Assembly (NCBI GenBank): GCA_021807125.1
Contig: JAKAPK010000003.1
Coordinates: 796 to 64,795, forward strand
Reading direction: 5' to 3'
DNA: 64,000 nucleotides
DNA from: Nanobdellota archaeon
Lineage (GTDB): Archaea; Nanobdellota; Nanobdellia; Parvarchaeales; Parvarchaeaceae
Position numbers and translations under genes: made by a program. Every line of letters starts with the position of its first letter. The first letter of the stretch is position 1. A model generated the notes under the pieces. That model was not told the DNA's origin, did not search any database, and worked only from the letters and a program-made list of their open reading frames with translations. Below are positions 1 through 9,512 of this stretch, in pieces.

Positions 1-38
1 TGCGTACAACCATATGTTTTAGTGTTAAAGGAGATACG

Positions 39-1810
39 ATGAAATCTATAAAGGAATTAAAAGAAACGGGAATGGTCAGCAATAACATAACAGCCGCACT
101 TATAAACAGCGATGGCTCGGTTGAGTGGATGCCAATGCCTAGGTTCGATTCTTCACCGGTTTTCTGTTCAATCTTAGACGACAAAGTCGGTGGGAAATGC
201 ACCGTTGGCGTGGGAGATTTGAGGGGCAAACAGGAATATATAGCACCAAACATATTGAAGACTGTCTTTAAATCAAAAGATGCGGAAAGCAGCGTTACAG
301 ACTTTCTTATTCCAGTGAAACCGATGCTTATACGCGAGATAAAATCGGATGTGGAAATGAACGTAAACATATTGCCCACTTTCAATTATGGCAAATGTGC
401 GGGGACTGCAGAAAAACGTGATAATTCTATAGTTTTCAGAAATCCGCAGGGGAAGGATTTTTTGGAGGTTATTTTTGATAGTCTCGAGGTAAAAAGCAAG
501 AGTCTTTCAGAATTTACCGTAAATGGTTTTGGACAGATAAGACTTGAGTATTTTATTGACGAAGCACATAAAGAAAATGAAACTAAGGTAGCGCAATCCT
601 CCTCGCCTTCACAAAGCCTTGACCACTCCCTTAAATATTGGGAAGGCATGCTTCCACCCGATGGAATAATGGGTCTCCCCGATGGACCGATAGAAATACC
701 GCAGAACGTGTTGCTTCTTTACCAACGTTCACTTTCTGTTATGCTTGGGCTTATGTACAGTCCCTCTGGGAGCATCATAGCTGCGCCCACTACATCCTTG
801 CCAGAGTCGATAGGCAAGCAATGGAATTGGGATTATAGGTACTCCTGGGTTAGAGATTCGTCCATGATGGCTGAAGCACTAATAAAATCCGGCATGGTTG
901 TGCATGGAAGGAGAATAATAGAATTCTTTTTAGGCTTGATAAACTATTCCGGAAAGCCCTTTATACCATTTTATGGTGTCGGCGGTACTAGGCCAGATCA
1001 TGAAAGACAAATACCATGGCTCTCCGGGCTTATGAATTCAAAGCCGGTGCGTGTAGGCAATCATGCAGAAGAACAGATACAGCTGGACGCGGAAGGGGAA
1101 TTCATGAATGCTCTTACGGCTTATTATAAAGCGACCAAAGACAAAGTTTTCATAAAAGTCAACTGGCGTGCTGTAGAACAAATAGCATCGTGGATAAACT
1201 CAAACTGGGAACTTGATGATAATGGGCCTTGGGAAGAGCCGTTCCGCCAGAACTTCACATATTCAAAGGTATTGATGTGGGTTGCCCTGGATTGTGCTGA
1301 GTATCTCGGCAACGAAATAGGCGTTGATGTCACTGAAATAAAATCAAACAAGGAGAAGATAAAAGCATGGATAATCGATAACTGTATAAAAAAAGGCGTA
1401 ATCGTCAAGCATTCATTCACTGACGACATTGACGCCGCACTTCTGGTGCTTCCGCTGCATGGATTTATAGATGTCGACAGTGACGTTTTCAAGAAACCCT
1501 CAAGAAGATAGAAACCGACCTCACAGACAAAGGATTGGTGTATAGGTATAAACTTCAAGAAAAGGACCGGCCAAACCACCCGTTCGTTCTGTGTTCCTCC
1601 TGGCTCAGCAGAGTGTATACTCTTTTAGGCAGACAAGAAGACGCATTAGCCGTCCTTGAAAAGATAGCTGATTCCTGCGGTCCATTAAAGCTTCTCGGCG
1701 AGAATATAGATTCAAAAAATTCAATGTTTCTCGGGAATTTTCCACAGGGGTTCGCGCATGCCGGAGTAGTTATGGCACTAAAAGACATATACGATAAAGC
1801 AAACAAATGA
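39..1810 (+). pseudogene. GH15 glycoside hydrolase (glucoamylase/trehalase type), reading frame interrupted near 1484-1511
   Basis: ORF 39..1511 has GH15 catalytic-domain motifs (WNWDYRYSWVRDSS, GPWEE). ORF 1535..1810 is the missing barrel C-terminus (FLGNFPQGFAHAG). The downstream frame is open from 1484 and reads ..TLKKIETDLTDKGLVYRY. One extra A in the run aagAAAccc (1491-1499) would fuse both parts into one protein of about 590 aa. Confidence 0.8.
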
Positions 1811-1853
1811 CTTCTAGTATTCCGCGTAAGCTACGCATCATAGTGACCAGTAT

Positions 1854-2924
1854 TCAAACAAAAATACAATAACTCTTGCCACTTTCTCCATAAAACCAGC
1901 TTTTTACAATGCTTTCGTTAATCCCTGGATTTTGCTTTGCCTGTAACCCTATCTTCGTGTTTCCCATCCTTATTTTAGTGGCCCCTATTTCTTCAAATAT
2001 CTGTGCTATGCCAGTATCGCCTGCGACTACGTATTCTACCCCGAGTTTCCTTGCAATGCATACTGCTGTGAGGAGTCCTAGTTTTACTGCGCCGTAGCCG
2101 TCAATGTAATTCCACCTGTACAGATCATGTATATACTGCTGATTTTTATGCCGGTTTGCACCTTCTATTATATCTATGTAAAGGTAATACCTGCCGTGTT
2201 TGTCTTTGCCTAAGAAACACCTGCAGAAGGCTTTTGTAACATCCTCGTTCAACTTCCCTGCTGGCTTCTCACATTTAATGCCTAAACGGCCCATAACATC
2301 TGTATAAAATATTTTAACCCCCGAATATACTTCCTTAAGCGTACGCAGTCTTCCATCTTTGGTACCTAACTTATCACAAAGAACTGAAAGCCAATTCTTC
2401 TGTTCTTCATGAACTGGTCCTTTGATGAATTTGCGTGGATAAACTTCATACACTATTGTGCCTCCGTTTAATTTGCAGTCCTCTGCCAGCATTTGGCTGT
2501 ACCGCTTCACCTGATTGCCATACCAGCATATATCACATGACTCTGCCATGTCCGCTATTTTCGTCCATTTGTCGCTCATGGGGTTAAAAAAGGCAGTCCT
2601 GTAATTGTTGTGCGTGGTGTTAAACAACACACCGTAAGCTTCTTCCTCTTTCTTTGAAAGATTCACATCGCTACTTATGGTCTTTTTGTATTTTTGCCGG
2701 GATACAATGCCTATGCGCTCTATTATATCGTCAAGTTTGCTTAGTTTCTGTCTTTTTTCACCGGAATTTGGTATCCTTATCTCTTTAGATTCTATCTTGC
2801 TCTTTACTGTTTGGGGATACTCAAGCAAATAGCGTGCCGCCAGCTCCAGTTCTTCCTCTTTTGGTACCTCGGCCAGTAAATCATACAAGCGCCCCTTCAA
2901 ATGAACGTCTCTATTCTCTTCCAT
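1854..2924 (-). CDS. hypothetical protein (356 aa from the Met at 2924; the ORF extends to 2984); C-terminus weakly GNAT-like
   Basis: Long ORF. The internal ATG at 2924 is preceded by AGAGGT and lies 22 nt after the stop of the upstream small ORF. The segment GYGAVKLGLLTAVCIARKLGVEYVV resembles a GNAT motif-A helix (weak, by eye). No other recognisable family. Confidence 0.6.
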   Translation of the reverse strand: MEENRDVHLKGRLYDLLAEVPKEEELELAARYLLEYPQTVKSKIESKEIRIPNSGEKRQKLSKLDDIIERIGIVSRQKYKKTISSDVNLSKKEEEAYGVLFNTTHNNYRTAFFNPMSDKWTKIADMAESCDICWYGNQVKRYSQMLAEDCKLNGGTIVYEVYPRKFIKGPVHEEQKNWLSVLCDKLGTKDGRLRTLKEVYSGVKIFYTDVMGRLGIKCEKPAGKLNEDVTKAFCRCFLGKDKHGRYYLYIDIIEGANRHKNQQYIHDLYRWNYIDGYGAVKLGLLTAVCIARKLGVEYVVAGDTGIAQIFEEIGATKIRMGNTKIGLQAKQNPGINESIVKSWFYGESGKSYCIFV

Positions 2925-2946
2925 AAAAAGCCAGACCTCTTGTTTT

Positions 2947-3207
2947 CTAGCTTCTAGACAAAGCAGAATATAGGTTAATTGCACCGATGGCGAGAAATGG
3001 CAGTGAAGCCGGGAATCCTACAATAAACGACATACCGCAGCAATAAACGACCAAAGCACCGCGCAGTATTCCGCACGTAGTGCTGTTTAATCCACACGCG
3101 ACTTTGTTCTTTGACCTTGTGTAAAAGCTACTGCAATAATTGAGGAAACTGTCTTTTAAAGAAATCTCGTCTTCTCCAACGAAATCATCTAAACTTCTAC
3201 TTGCCAT
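2947..3207 (-). CDS. small Cys-rich hydrophobic protein (86 aa)
   Basis: GGAGG lies 9 nt upstream of the ATG at 3207. The N-terminus is acidic and the C-terminal half is hydrophobic with 7 Cys (CGLNSTTCG, VVYCCGMSF). It sits directly upstream of, and in the same direction as, the 356-aa gene. Confidence 0.45.
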   Translation of the reverse strand: MASRSLDDFVGEDEISLKDSFLNYCSSFYTRSKNKVACGLNSTTCGILRGALVVYCCGMSFIVGFPASLPFLAIGAINLYSALSRS

Positions 3208-3684
3208 AAACCATCGCCTCCGAATGGGGAAGAATCGCCTATAGCCATTGCATAGCTATGGTATGGTTGAAGGACCGTAGCCCTTCCTATTTCGGCAAAT
3301 TTTTCTTAGTTTAGTTCACCTTCACATGAATATATGGCAGTTCTAGTATATACGCTTTTATAGAGGACTACTTAATAATAATCAGATATTAACAAAGGTT
3401 GCTGCGATGATGAATGCGTCTTCATACCAAGTAACTTGATATAACTTAAATTCTACGTTTATTCGCCGTAAACACAGGGCCATTACATGAACTTAAAACC
3501 GCACTGCTGTGAGCGCAAGGAGAAGTGGAAGTCATGATCAATTTATTATAAGAATAGGGAACAGTCCTATAAAGTTTATTGCAGCTCCGATAAGTATAGA
3601 TATGGCTACGGAACTTCTTTCTTTACCGCATAAAATTATTGTTATACGGGCCCTCTTCCAGTAGATTCATCGGGCGATTCGCTT

Positions 3685-3849
3685 TTAGCCTACAAATAGC
3701 CTTGTCGCAGCAAGTGATATCAGTACGAGCCTAAGCGATTCCGGTTCTAACTCTGCTCGCTCTGCCAATACAAGCAGCACCACCGCAAATACTATCCCAA
3801 AAAATGGCAAAAGAGGCATAGTTACTGTCCAAAATAGACTGGACAACAT
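3685..3849 (-). CDS. possible 54-aa membrane mini-protein
   Basis: An ATG at 3849 opens MLSSLFWTVTMPLLPFFGIVFAVVLLVLAE.., one clear TM helix. It lies 25 nt downstream of another mini-ORF. No homology recognised. Confidence 0.25.
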   Translation of the reverse strand: MLSSLFWTVTMPLLPFFGIVFAVVLLVLAERAELEPESLRLVLISLAATRLFVG

Positions 3850-3874
3850 GCAAAACGAGCGGTTTTCGTGCAGA

Positions 3875-4027
3875 TTAGAAAGTCTGCTTGGGGTGATAAA
3901 TTGGCTTTGCTGTTGAGAACATGCGCCCAAAAAGCCATTGACTTTGGTTCTCCGTAGTGCTTCTCTGCAGCACGCCGAATTCAACGCGGTTATCCGCCAA
4001 TTCATTTTCTACTACTTCACTTTCCAT
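3875..4027 (-). CDS. possible 50-aa soluble mini-protein
   Basis: The ATG at 4027 is preceded by AAAGGAGGT (4032-4040), the strongest SD-like motif in this intergenic stretch. Sequence MESEVVENELADNRVEFGVLQRS.. No homology recognised. Confidence 0.3.
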   Translation of the reverse strand: MESEVVENELADNRVEFGVLQRSTTENQSQWLFGRMFSTAKPIYHPKQTF

Positions 4028-4366
4028 TTCGTTACCTCCTTTATTTGCGGTAAAAAGCAAAGAAATCCAAAATAAGTGTGAACTAAAGATTAAAAACCCA
4101 ACAAATTATCTTTTTTTGGCTCAAAAAGCTCAAGATAAATAGGAGTAGGTCTGCCACTTAAAAAACTTAGGATTTAAAACCCTCTCCATAAACTATTATT
4201 ATAAGCGTGTCTGTTTATAAGCTTTTTAATTAAAATATCTTAAAGTGGGGCAACATCGTAACTGCTTTGATCATAAGCACAGATGCCGAAGAATAAATGC
4301 GCGTTACGAACCTAAGTCTGCACTCAAAAGTTTTTTTAATTTCAGAATATACTAAGAGTGCTTGCG

Positions 4367-6478
4367 TTAAGAATAGGTTGTTAACCCGGGGTACACTCTG
4401 CCCCATGCAGTATGATTTTCGGATACTCCGTCCTCCGTAGATCTAGAGTATTTAAGGAGTATGAAATAAGTTGTTTGCGGCGCCAACATGCAATTGACAT
4501 TGAAAACGAAAGTCGTTGTTGTGTCAAGCGTAAGATTATACGGAAGCGTAGGCGACATCGCCGGGAAAACCGACAAAACAGAGTTGTGATCTGCTGACCT
4601 CGAATTCGATTCAACTATCGGGACTGCGCTAGCCGAAGACGGAACGGAAATATTTGCGTATACCAATGATGCGTTTGTTATTAAGTATGACTGTTCATTC
4701 ACATCTGAAACAGGAAGAAAAAGCCCGGACGAATTGCATGTTCCATTTATAATCTTGAAATTTTCTAAGCCTATGACTCTGGCACTGCTAAGATTCTGGC
4801 TTGAATTAGTACGAACTGAGCCGACGGAACCAATACCGGGTATGTCTTCGTGTGTATCAAGACCGGACGAAGCAACGGACGATTTAAGTTCCGAAACTTT
4901 TTCCCTTATTAGCTCTGCCAAATTCGTAACGCATGTTGCGTTATTTTGCTGAGCACACGATTTTAGCTCGCTTAGAAGATTGGATATAGAACCAATTCGC
5001 CCGCTAATATTCAAACTTAAGTTACTGAAAAGTTTGCTTGAATTTATCTGTGTAAGGGTTGAATTTATAGAGCTTATTTCGGTGTCAATGCTCTGTTTCA
5101 AATGGTTTGTTTGCTCATTCTCTGTGCTGCGGGACACTTCCAAAGAGTCATTTTTCAAAGCTCCCTCTAGCACCGAGTCGTATAGTCCTGTGTGCAAAAG
5201 ATTTATCGCTCTTATTATCAAGTGTGCTGCCGACGTGTAATTTCCGGAGGAAAAAGCCCCATTTGCGTCCTGTGTCAGACTGTAAGTCTTGTTTAGCATC
5301 GTGTAAAGCGATGGTATAACGGTATTGTTGTATTGCGTGATCTGCTGTAGGGTATTATTATAGGTGATTATTTCTTCAAAAGTCTTATTTATCATCTGGC
5401 CGATTATGTTTGGATTTATGGTGACGTTAAACAAAGGTTTATAGTATCTTGCGCTTTCGTGCATGTCATCTCTAAATTTGGACAGTACGTCCAGATTAAG
5501 GCCAAGACCTCTGCCTTCGCTTGTGGATGCTACTATGCCATTATTCATAAGATATTGATTTATCTGAGTGACTATCGACGGCTCGCCTACAACGCGAACC
5601 AAAGAAAAGTTTCCTGATTTTATAGTGGCTATAATACCGGGCATCTGCGCGGAAACATTGTAAACCATCGCAAAGCTGGAATTAAGTGCAGGCATAGAGC
5701 CAAGTACCATCGAATTGTTCCAGTCGTTGTTTGCTTCACCTACTATGAGGAACCTTTGTGAAGTTCTTGGGTTCAATTGACTTATATTATCCAATGTAGA
5801 TGAGAAATTACCCGTGACTTGTGTGACGTTGAAACCCGTAAGATTACCCAACTGAGCACGATTTAGTGGTTTGGGACCAACGTAAGTGACGTTTGTTATA
5901 CCTGCCTGTTGAAGATAACTTATCACATAAGCGGGAACATATGAGAAATATGTTGGGAAAAATAGGCACTTATTTCTTGCAGAGCGGATAGAAGCATACT
6001 CATGATAAAGAAAATTCATGTTGGGGCTCTCGTTGTAATAAGAAAAAACTGCGCATTTGAAAGCGCTGTTTGGCGCTATGTATTGCGTCAATTCCAGTGC
6101 AGTCTGCACGGCCGTCACGCCCCATATCCTAGTAACATTCAGGCCTGCACTTTCTAGTATTGTAAGAGAAGAGTTTGAGATTACGGCTGGTCCGCCTAGC
6201 AGTATAACGTATTTTATGCCCTGCGCTGAAAGGTTCTGTGCAAACGAGGAAGTAATGGTTGTACCATTAATCGCGATCACCTGTATACCCGCAAGATCTG
6301 CAAGAGGATACGCCGAAAAAGTATCTATATCATTTATTCCGGTCGTTATTATAACTGTCTGATTGACGTTCTGCGTGAACCGATAATTTGATCCCGACGA
6401 AGCATGAGACAGTCCTATGCTGAACAGCACAATGGAAATCAGGCATATCGAAAGTACAACGTTACTTATCAGCTTCAT
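4367..6478 (-). CDS. secreted/surface glycoprotein with CWB2-like (cell-wall-binding repeat 2-like) modules
   Basis: N-terminal signal/anchor MKLISNVVLSICLISIVLFSIGLSHA. Very many N-x-S/T sequons. Segments such as IKYVILLGGPAVISNSSLTILESAGLNVTRIWGVTAVQTALELTQYI and LVRVVGEPSIVTQINQYL resemble the CW_binding_2 consensus. Confidence 0.7.
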   Translation of the reverse strand: MKLISNVVLSICLISIVLFSIGLSHASSGSNYRFTQNVNQTVIITTGINDIDTFSAYPLADLAGIQVIAINGTTITSSFAQNLSAQGIKYVILLGGPAVISNSSLTILESAGLNVTRIWGVTAVQTALELTQYIAPNSAFKCAVFSYYNESPNMNFLYHEYASIRSARNKCLFFPTYFSYVPAYVISYLQQAGITNVTYVGPKPLNRAQLGNLTGFNVTQVTGNFSSTLDNISQLNPRTSQRFLIVGEANNDWNNSMVLGSMPALNSSFAMVYNVSAQMPGIIATIKSGNFSLVRVVGEPSIVTQINQYLMNNGIVASTSEGRGLGLNLDVLSKFRDDMHESARYYKPLFNVTINPNIIGQMINKTFEEIITYNNTLQQITQYNNTVIPSLYTMLNKTYSLTQDANGAFSSGNYTSAAHLIIRAINLLHTGLYDSVLEGALKNDSLEVSRSTENEQTNHLKQSIDTEISSINSTLTQINSSKLFSNLSLNISGRIGSISNLLSELKSCAQQNNATCVTNLAELIREKVSELKSSVASSGLDTHEDIPGIGSVGSVRTNSSQNLSSARVIGLENFKIINGTCNSSGLFLPVSDVNEQSYLITNASLVYANISVPSSASAVPIVESNSRSADHNSVLSVFPAMSPTLPYNLTLDTTTTFVFNVNCMLAPQTTYFILLKYSRSTEDGVSENHTAWGRVYPGLTTYS

Positions 6479-6539
6479 AACCTACAATAATCAAATTAAT
6501 GCTATTTAAATATTACCGGATGGTCAACACGCAAAACCC

Positions 6540-7724
6540 TCATAAAAAAAACTTGCGGCGCTTCATCGTCATCCTTATGAACTTTGGTTTAAAAAATATC
6601 GGGAAGAACAAAGACATTATAAGCGTCGCAAAGAGTATTACTGAATAGAAATTAAGCGTTATCACCCCTGCTGCAAGGGCAACGCTGCCGATTATAATCC
6701 CGACGGCCCCTCTCCCGCCCAATATTGACATAGAACTTACTGGAGAAAGCTTATAGAAAACGCCTCTTCCGAAGTGTTTGATAAGCAATGTACTCAGCCC
6801 GCCGCTCATAACTATGATGATTAACATCATTACTACGTATGTAGGATTCGGTAGGGTTGCGGTAGCACCAGCTATGCTAAAGAACAAAGGTATAAAAAAA
6901 CTATTGTCTATTCTTCTGAAGGTTCTGATCAATTTTCTAAATAAGGACTTTCCTATTATTAATTCTTCTACAAGCATGCCTGCAAAGAAAGCACCTAAGA
7001 CAAAAGTTATGCCTACCAACTCTAAGAAAGAAGCTATTATCAGGCCGAGAAGTATGACAATTGCGAATATCGACGTCTCGCCGTTGCGTAACCTGCTTAC
7101 ATAATTGAAAAATCCGCTTATTTTGTGAGAGTATATCCTCAATATCTTCGCTATAAGGAGCATAATCGCTATAAAAACGGATACCGTGATTATCAGGCCC
7201 AAAAAACCGTACAAATCCAGGGAGTTAGATATTGCAGCGAGTATTATAAATGCGAGTATGTCTGAAATGACGACGCTGGACAGTATCCTGTCTCCGTCTT
7301 CAGTACCGAGCATTTTTTTGCGTATTAGAAGCACAGAAACTATAGATATCGAAGGAACTGCAACTGCGATAGAAACTATTACTGCCTGATTAATGCTAAG
7401 AGAAAAGAAAGCGTAGAGTACGACTGCAATCGCAAGCATCGGGATGATAAAACTTGCCAATGACAGTATTATGCTCTTGTTCGGGTGCGATGTAAAGCTC
7501 TTTGTAGTGATTTCAAGTCCTAATAAAAGTATTAGAAAGAAAAGGGATATGTCCTGTATGCCGATTAATGAACTGTTTATGGTTATAAGCCCCATAATTG
7601 TTGGCCCTAATATTACCCCACTCAGTATCGGACCGACTATGTCTGGTAGGCCGAACTTATCAAATATCTGCCCGAGTATAACGCCTGAAGCAAGAAGTAT
7701 TAATATCGAGATTATTATTTCCAT
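6540..7724 (-). CDS. cation:proton antiporter (CPA2 / Na+/H+ exchanger family)
   Basis: About 11-12 TM helices. The N-terminus LLASGVILGQIFDKFGLPDIVGPILSGVILGP is typical of the Na_H_Exchanger family. Confidence 0.85.
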   Translation of the reverse strand: MEIIISILILLASGVILGQIFDKFGLPDIVGPILSGVILGPTIMGLITINSSLIGIQDISLFFLILLLGLEITTKSFTSHPNKSIILSLASFIIPMLAIAVVLYAFFSLSINQAVIVSIAVAVPSISIVSVLLIRKKMLGTEDGDRILSSVVISDILAFIILAAISNSLDLYGFLGLIITVSVFIAIMLLIAKILRIYSHKISGFFNYVSRLRNGETSIFAIVILLGLIIASFLELVGITFVLGAFFAGMLVEELIIGKSLFRKLIRTFRRIDNSFFIPLFFSIAGATATLPNPTYVVMMLIIIVMSGGLSTLLIKHFGRGVFYKLSPVSSMSILGGRGAVGIIIGSVALAAGVITLNFYSVILFATLIMSLFFPIFFKPKFIRMTMKRRKFFL

Positions 7725-7738
7725 TTTACTTTAATGGA

Positions 7739-8275
7739 TTATTTATTGATGCTAAGAACTTTTATCTCGAAAACTAGTGTTTGGCCTGCAAGTGGAGAAT
7801 TGAAATTTATTATTACTTTAGTCGCATTCACCGCTGTGACTGTTCCATATTGCTGCGTGACGGAAGCGACGGTTTCGCCGACCTTAACCGACTGGTTTCC
7901 AAATACGGATCTGTTAACTATTATTATAAGATTAGGATTAATATCACCATACGCTTCGGCTGGTGGAACTGTAACGTTCTTTGTCTGGTCGACTTTCATA
8001 CCCAATACGGCGTTATCGAAACCAGGTATTGTACTGTTTGAACCGGCTATGAAACTGAATGGCTGACCTCCAAAATTTGATTGAAATACCGTACCGTTTG
8101 TGAAACTCAGCGTGTAGTAGACGCTTACATTATCGCCGGCGGCCACCATCGTCATAGGCGAACTATAGCTACTTAACAACAAGTAATAAGTCAATCCTCC
8201 TGCTGCCAAAACGACGATGGCTATTACCGCGTATATCGCCTTAAATCTGAACTTATTCTGTTTTGTCTCAGCCAT
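7739..8275 (-). CDS. membrane-anchored FKBP-type peptidyl-prolyl cis-trans isomerase (SlyD-like with insert-in-flap)
   Basis: An N-terminal TM helix is followed by GDNVSVYYTLSF..G..F.., IPGFDNAVLGMKV, PPAEAYG and NSPLAGQTLVFEIKVLSI, which are characteristic FKBP/SlyD motifs. Confidence 0.85.
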   Translation of the reverse strand: MAETKQNKFRFKAIYAVIAIVVLAAGGLTYYLLLSSYSSPMTMVAAGDNVSVYYTLSFTNGTVFQSNFGGQPFSFIAGSNSTIPGFDNAVLGMKVDQTKNVTVPPAEAYGDINPNLIIIVNRSVFGNQSVKVGETVASVTQQYGTVTAVNATKVIINFNSPLAGQTLVFEIKVLSINK

Positions 8276-8350
8276 ATGAATTTATGATTATGAACATGAG
8301 AGTATATTAACTTTTGCATGAGAGCGCACATAATTACTTAGATTGGTTTT

Positions 8351-8911
8351 TTACTTGTTTAAAAGGTTACCAGAGAACAAAACTGCCCATAACAGCGTCG
8401 GATAAACTATCAGGCGTTCAATGCCGCCGTGTCCTAAGCCCAAATTAATACCGACTGCGAAGAGCACGAGAGATACTATGTCTATTGCACCAAGAACCAG
8501 TGACGGATATTTTATTATATTTTTTTCTGTCAATCCAAAATACATGGCGGATAGCCCTGCGAAAAGGAATGTTATCAGAGCGAACAATAAGTGTATTGCA
8601 CCGTAGTTTTCGTTGAATATCCCGACGCCGACAGCGCCGATACCGGTAAGGAATATCAATAACGGAAAAAGCTGGGTTCTTAGTCCTTTCTGCAGGAAAA
8701 ACGACCCTAAGATGATAAGTGCACCGAGAAATATTACGGATGAATTGAATATGAGCGCAGAACTTCCTACACCAAGATCACTTATCGTGTTATTTGCTAC
8801 GCTGTAACCTGGATAAACGGCTTCTGCTATTACAAGCGAAATGATGAAATATATTGCTCCTGTCCCTATCAAAAGCCCTGCCAACATTAAGCTTCTGTCA
8901 GCTTTTTTCAT
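8351..8911 (-). CDS. DUF998-family integral membrane protein
   Basis: Six predicted TM helices and the ISDLGVG motif after the first helix, typical of DUF998. Confidence 0.65.
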   Translation of the reverse strand: MKKADRSLMLAGLLIGTGAIYFIISLVIAEAVYPGYSVANNTISDLGVGSSALIFNSSVIFLGALIILGSFFLQKGLRTQLFPLLIFLTGIGAVGVGIFNENYGAIHLLFALITFLFAGLSAMYFGLTEKNIIKYPSLVLGAIDIVSLVLFAVGINLGLGHGGIERLIVYPTLLWAVLFSGNLLNK

Positions 8912-9104
8912 ATTGTTTCTATATACCTTTAAATTTATAAATGCGAACCGGCTGCTCAGAAGTTATAAACAATTAAATACTACCGGTTCCGGTGATCCGT
9001 CGTTCTATTCGCCGGGCTGCGCTGTACTATTTCCATTGAGGTATACGGCGGTGGCATTTCATATGATACTTAAAGTATAAAATGCTGGAAAAAGAGAAAA
9101 ATAT

Positions 9105-9512
9105 ATGCATAAGGACATAATCAAACGACTTATAGAGGAAGATCCGTTCCTTAAGAACGTGGGCATAAAAGTAATGTCCGTTTCTAAGGGTAGGTGCAAA
9201 ATAGCAGTGGAATTTAAGGAAGAGCTGACAAGGACCGGTGGCATTATGAATGGAGGTGCAATAGCTACTCTTGCAGATGCCACGGGGGGATGCGCGGTGC
9301 TAACGCAGAATGAGGGAAGAAATCAGGTCACCGTTGATTTAAGTATTTCTTTTCTGAACCCTATTGAAAATGGCCCTGTCATCGCAGAAGGACACGTTAC
9401 AAGGACTGGAAAAAGATTATCGTTCGCGTATATAGAGATATTCGACGGAAAAGGCAAACTGTGTGCGACTGCGCACGGGACTTGGTTCTTTATCGGCGGA
9501 CTTAATCAATAA
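9105..9512 (+). CDS. PaaI-family hotdog-fold acyl-CoA thioesterase
   Basis: GGIMNGGAIATLADATGG and VTRTGKRLSFAYIEIFD match the PaaI/YbgC-type thioesterase pattern. Overlaps the convergent ACAD gene by 7 nt. Confidence 0.85.
   Translation: MHKDIIKRLIEEDPFLKNVGIKVMSVSKGRCKIAVEFKEELTRTGGIMNGGAIATLADATGGCAVLTQNEGRNQVTVDLSISFLNPIENGPVIAEGHVTRTGKRLSFAYIEIFDGKGKLCATAHGTWFFIGGLNQ

Noticed and set aside
1491-1500. AAACCCT as a possible -1 programmed frameshift heptamer in the GH15 gene
   Set aside because: In the zero frame the codons are AAA CCC, so the heptamer is out of phase for X XXY YYZ tandem slippage. A 1-nt indel is the simpler explanation.
3401-3470. C-box-like ATGATGA (3407-3413), suggesting a C/D box sRNA
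   Set aside because: No CTGA D or D' box and no second C' box within the following 70 nt, and no terminal stem.
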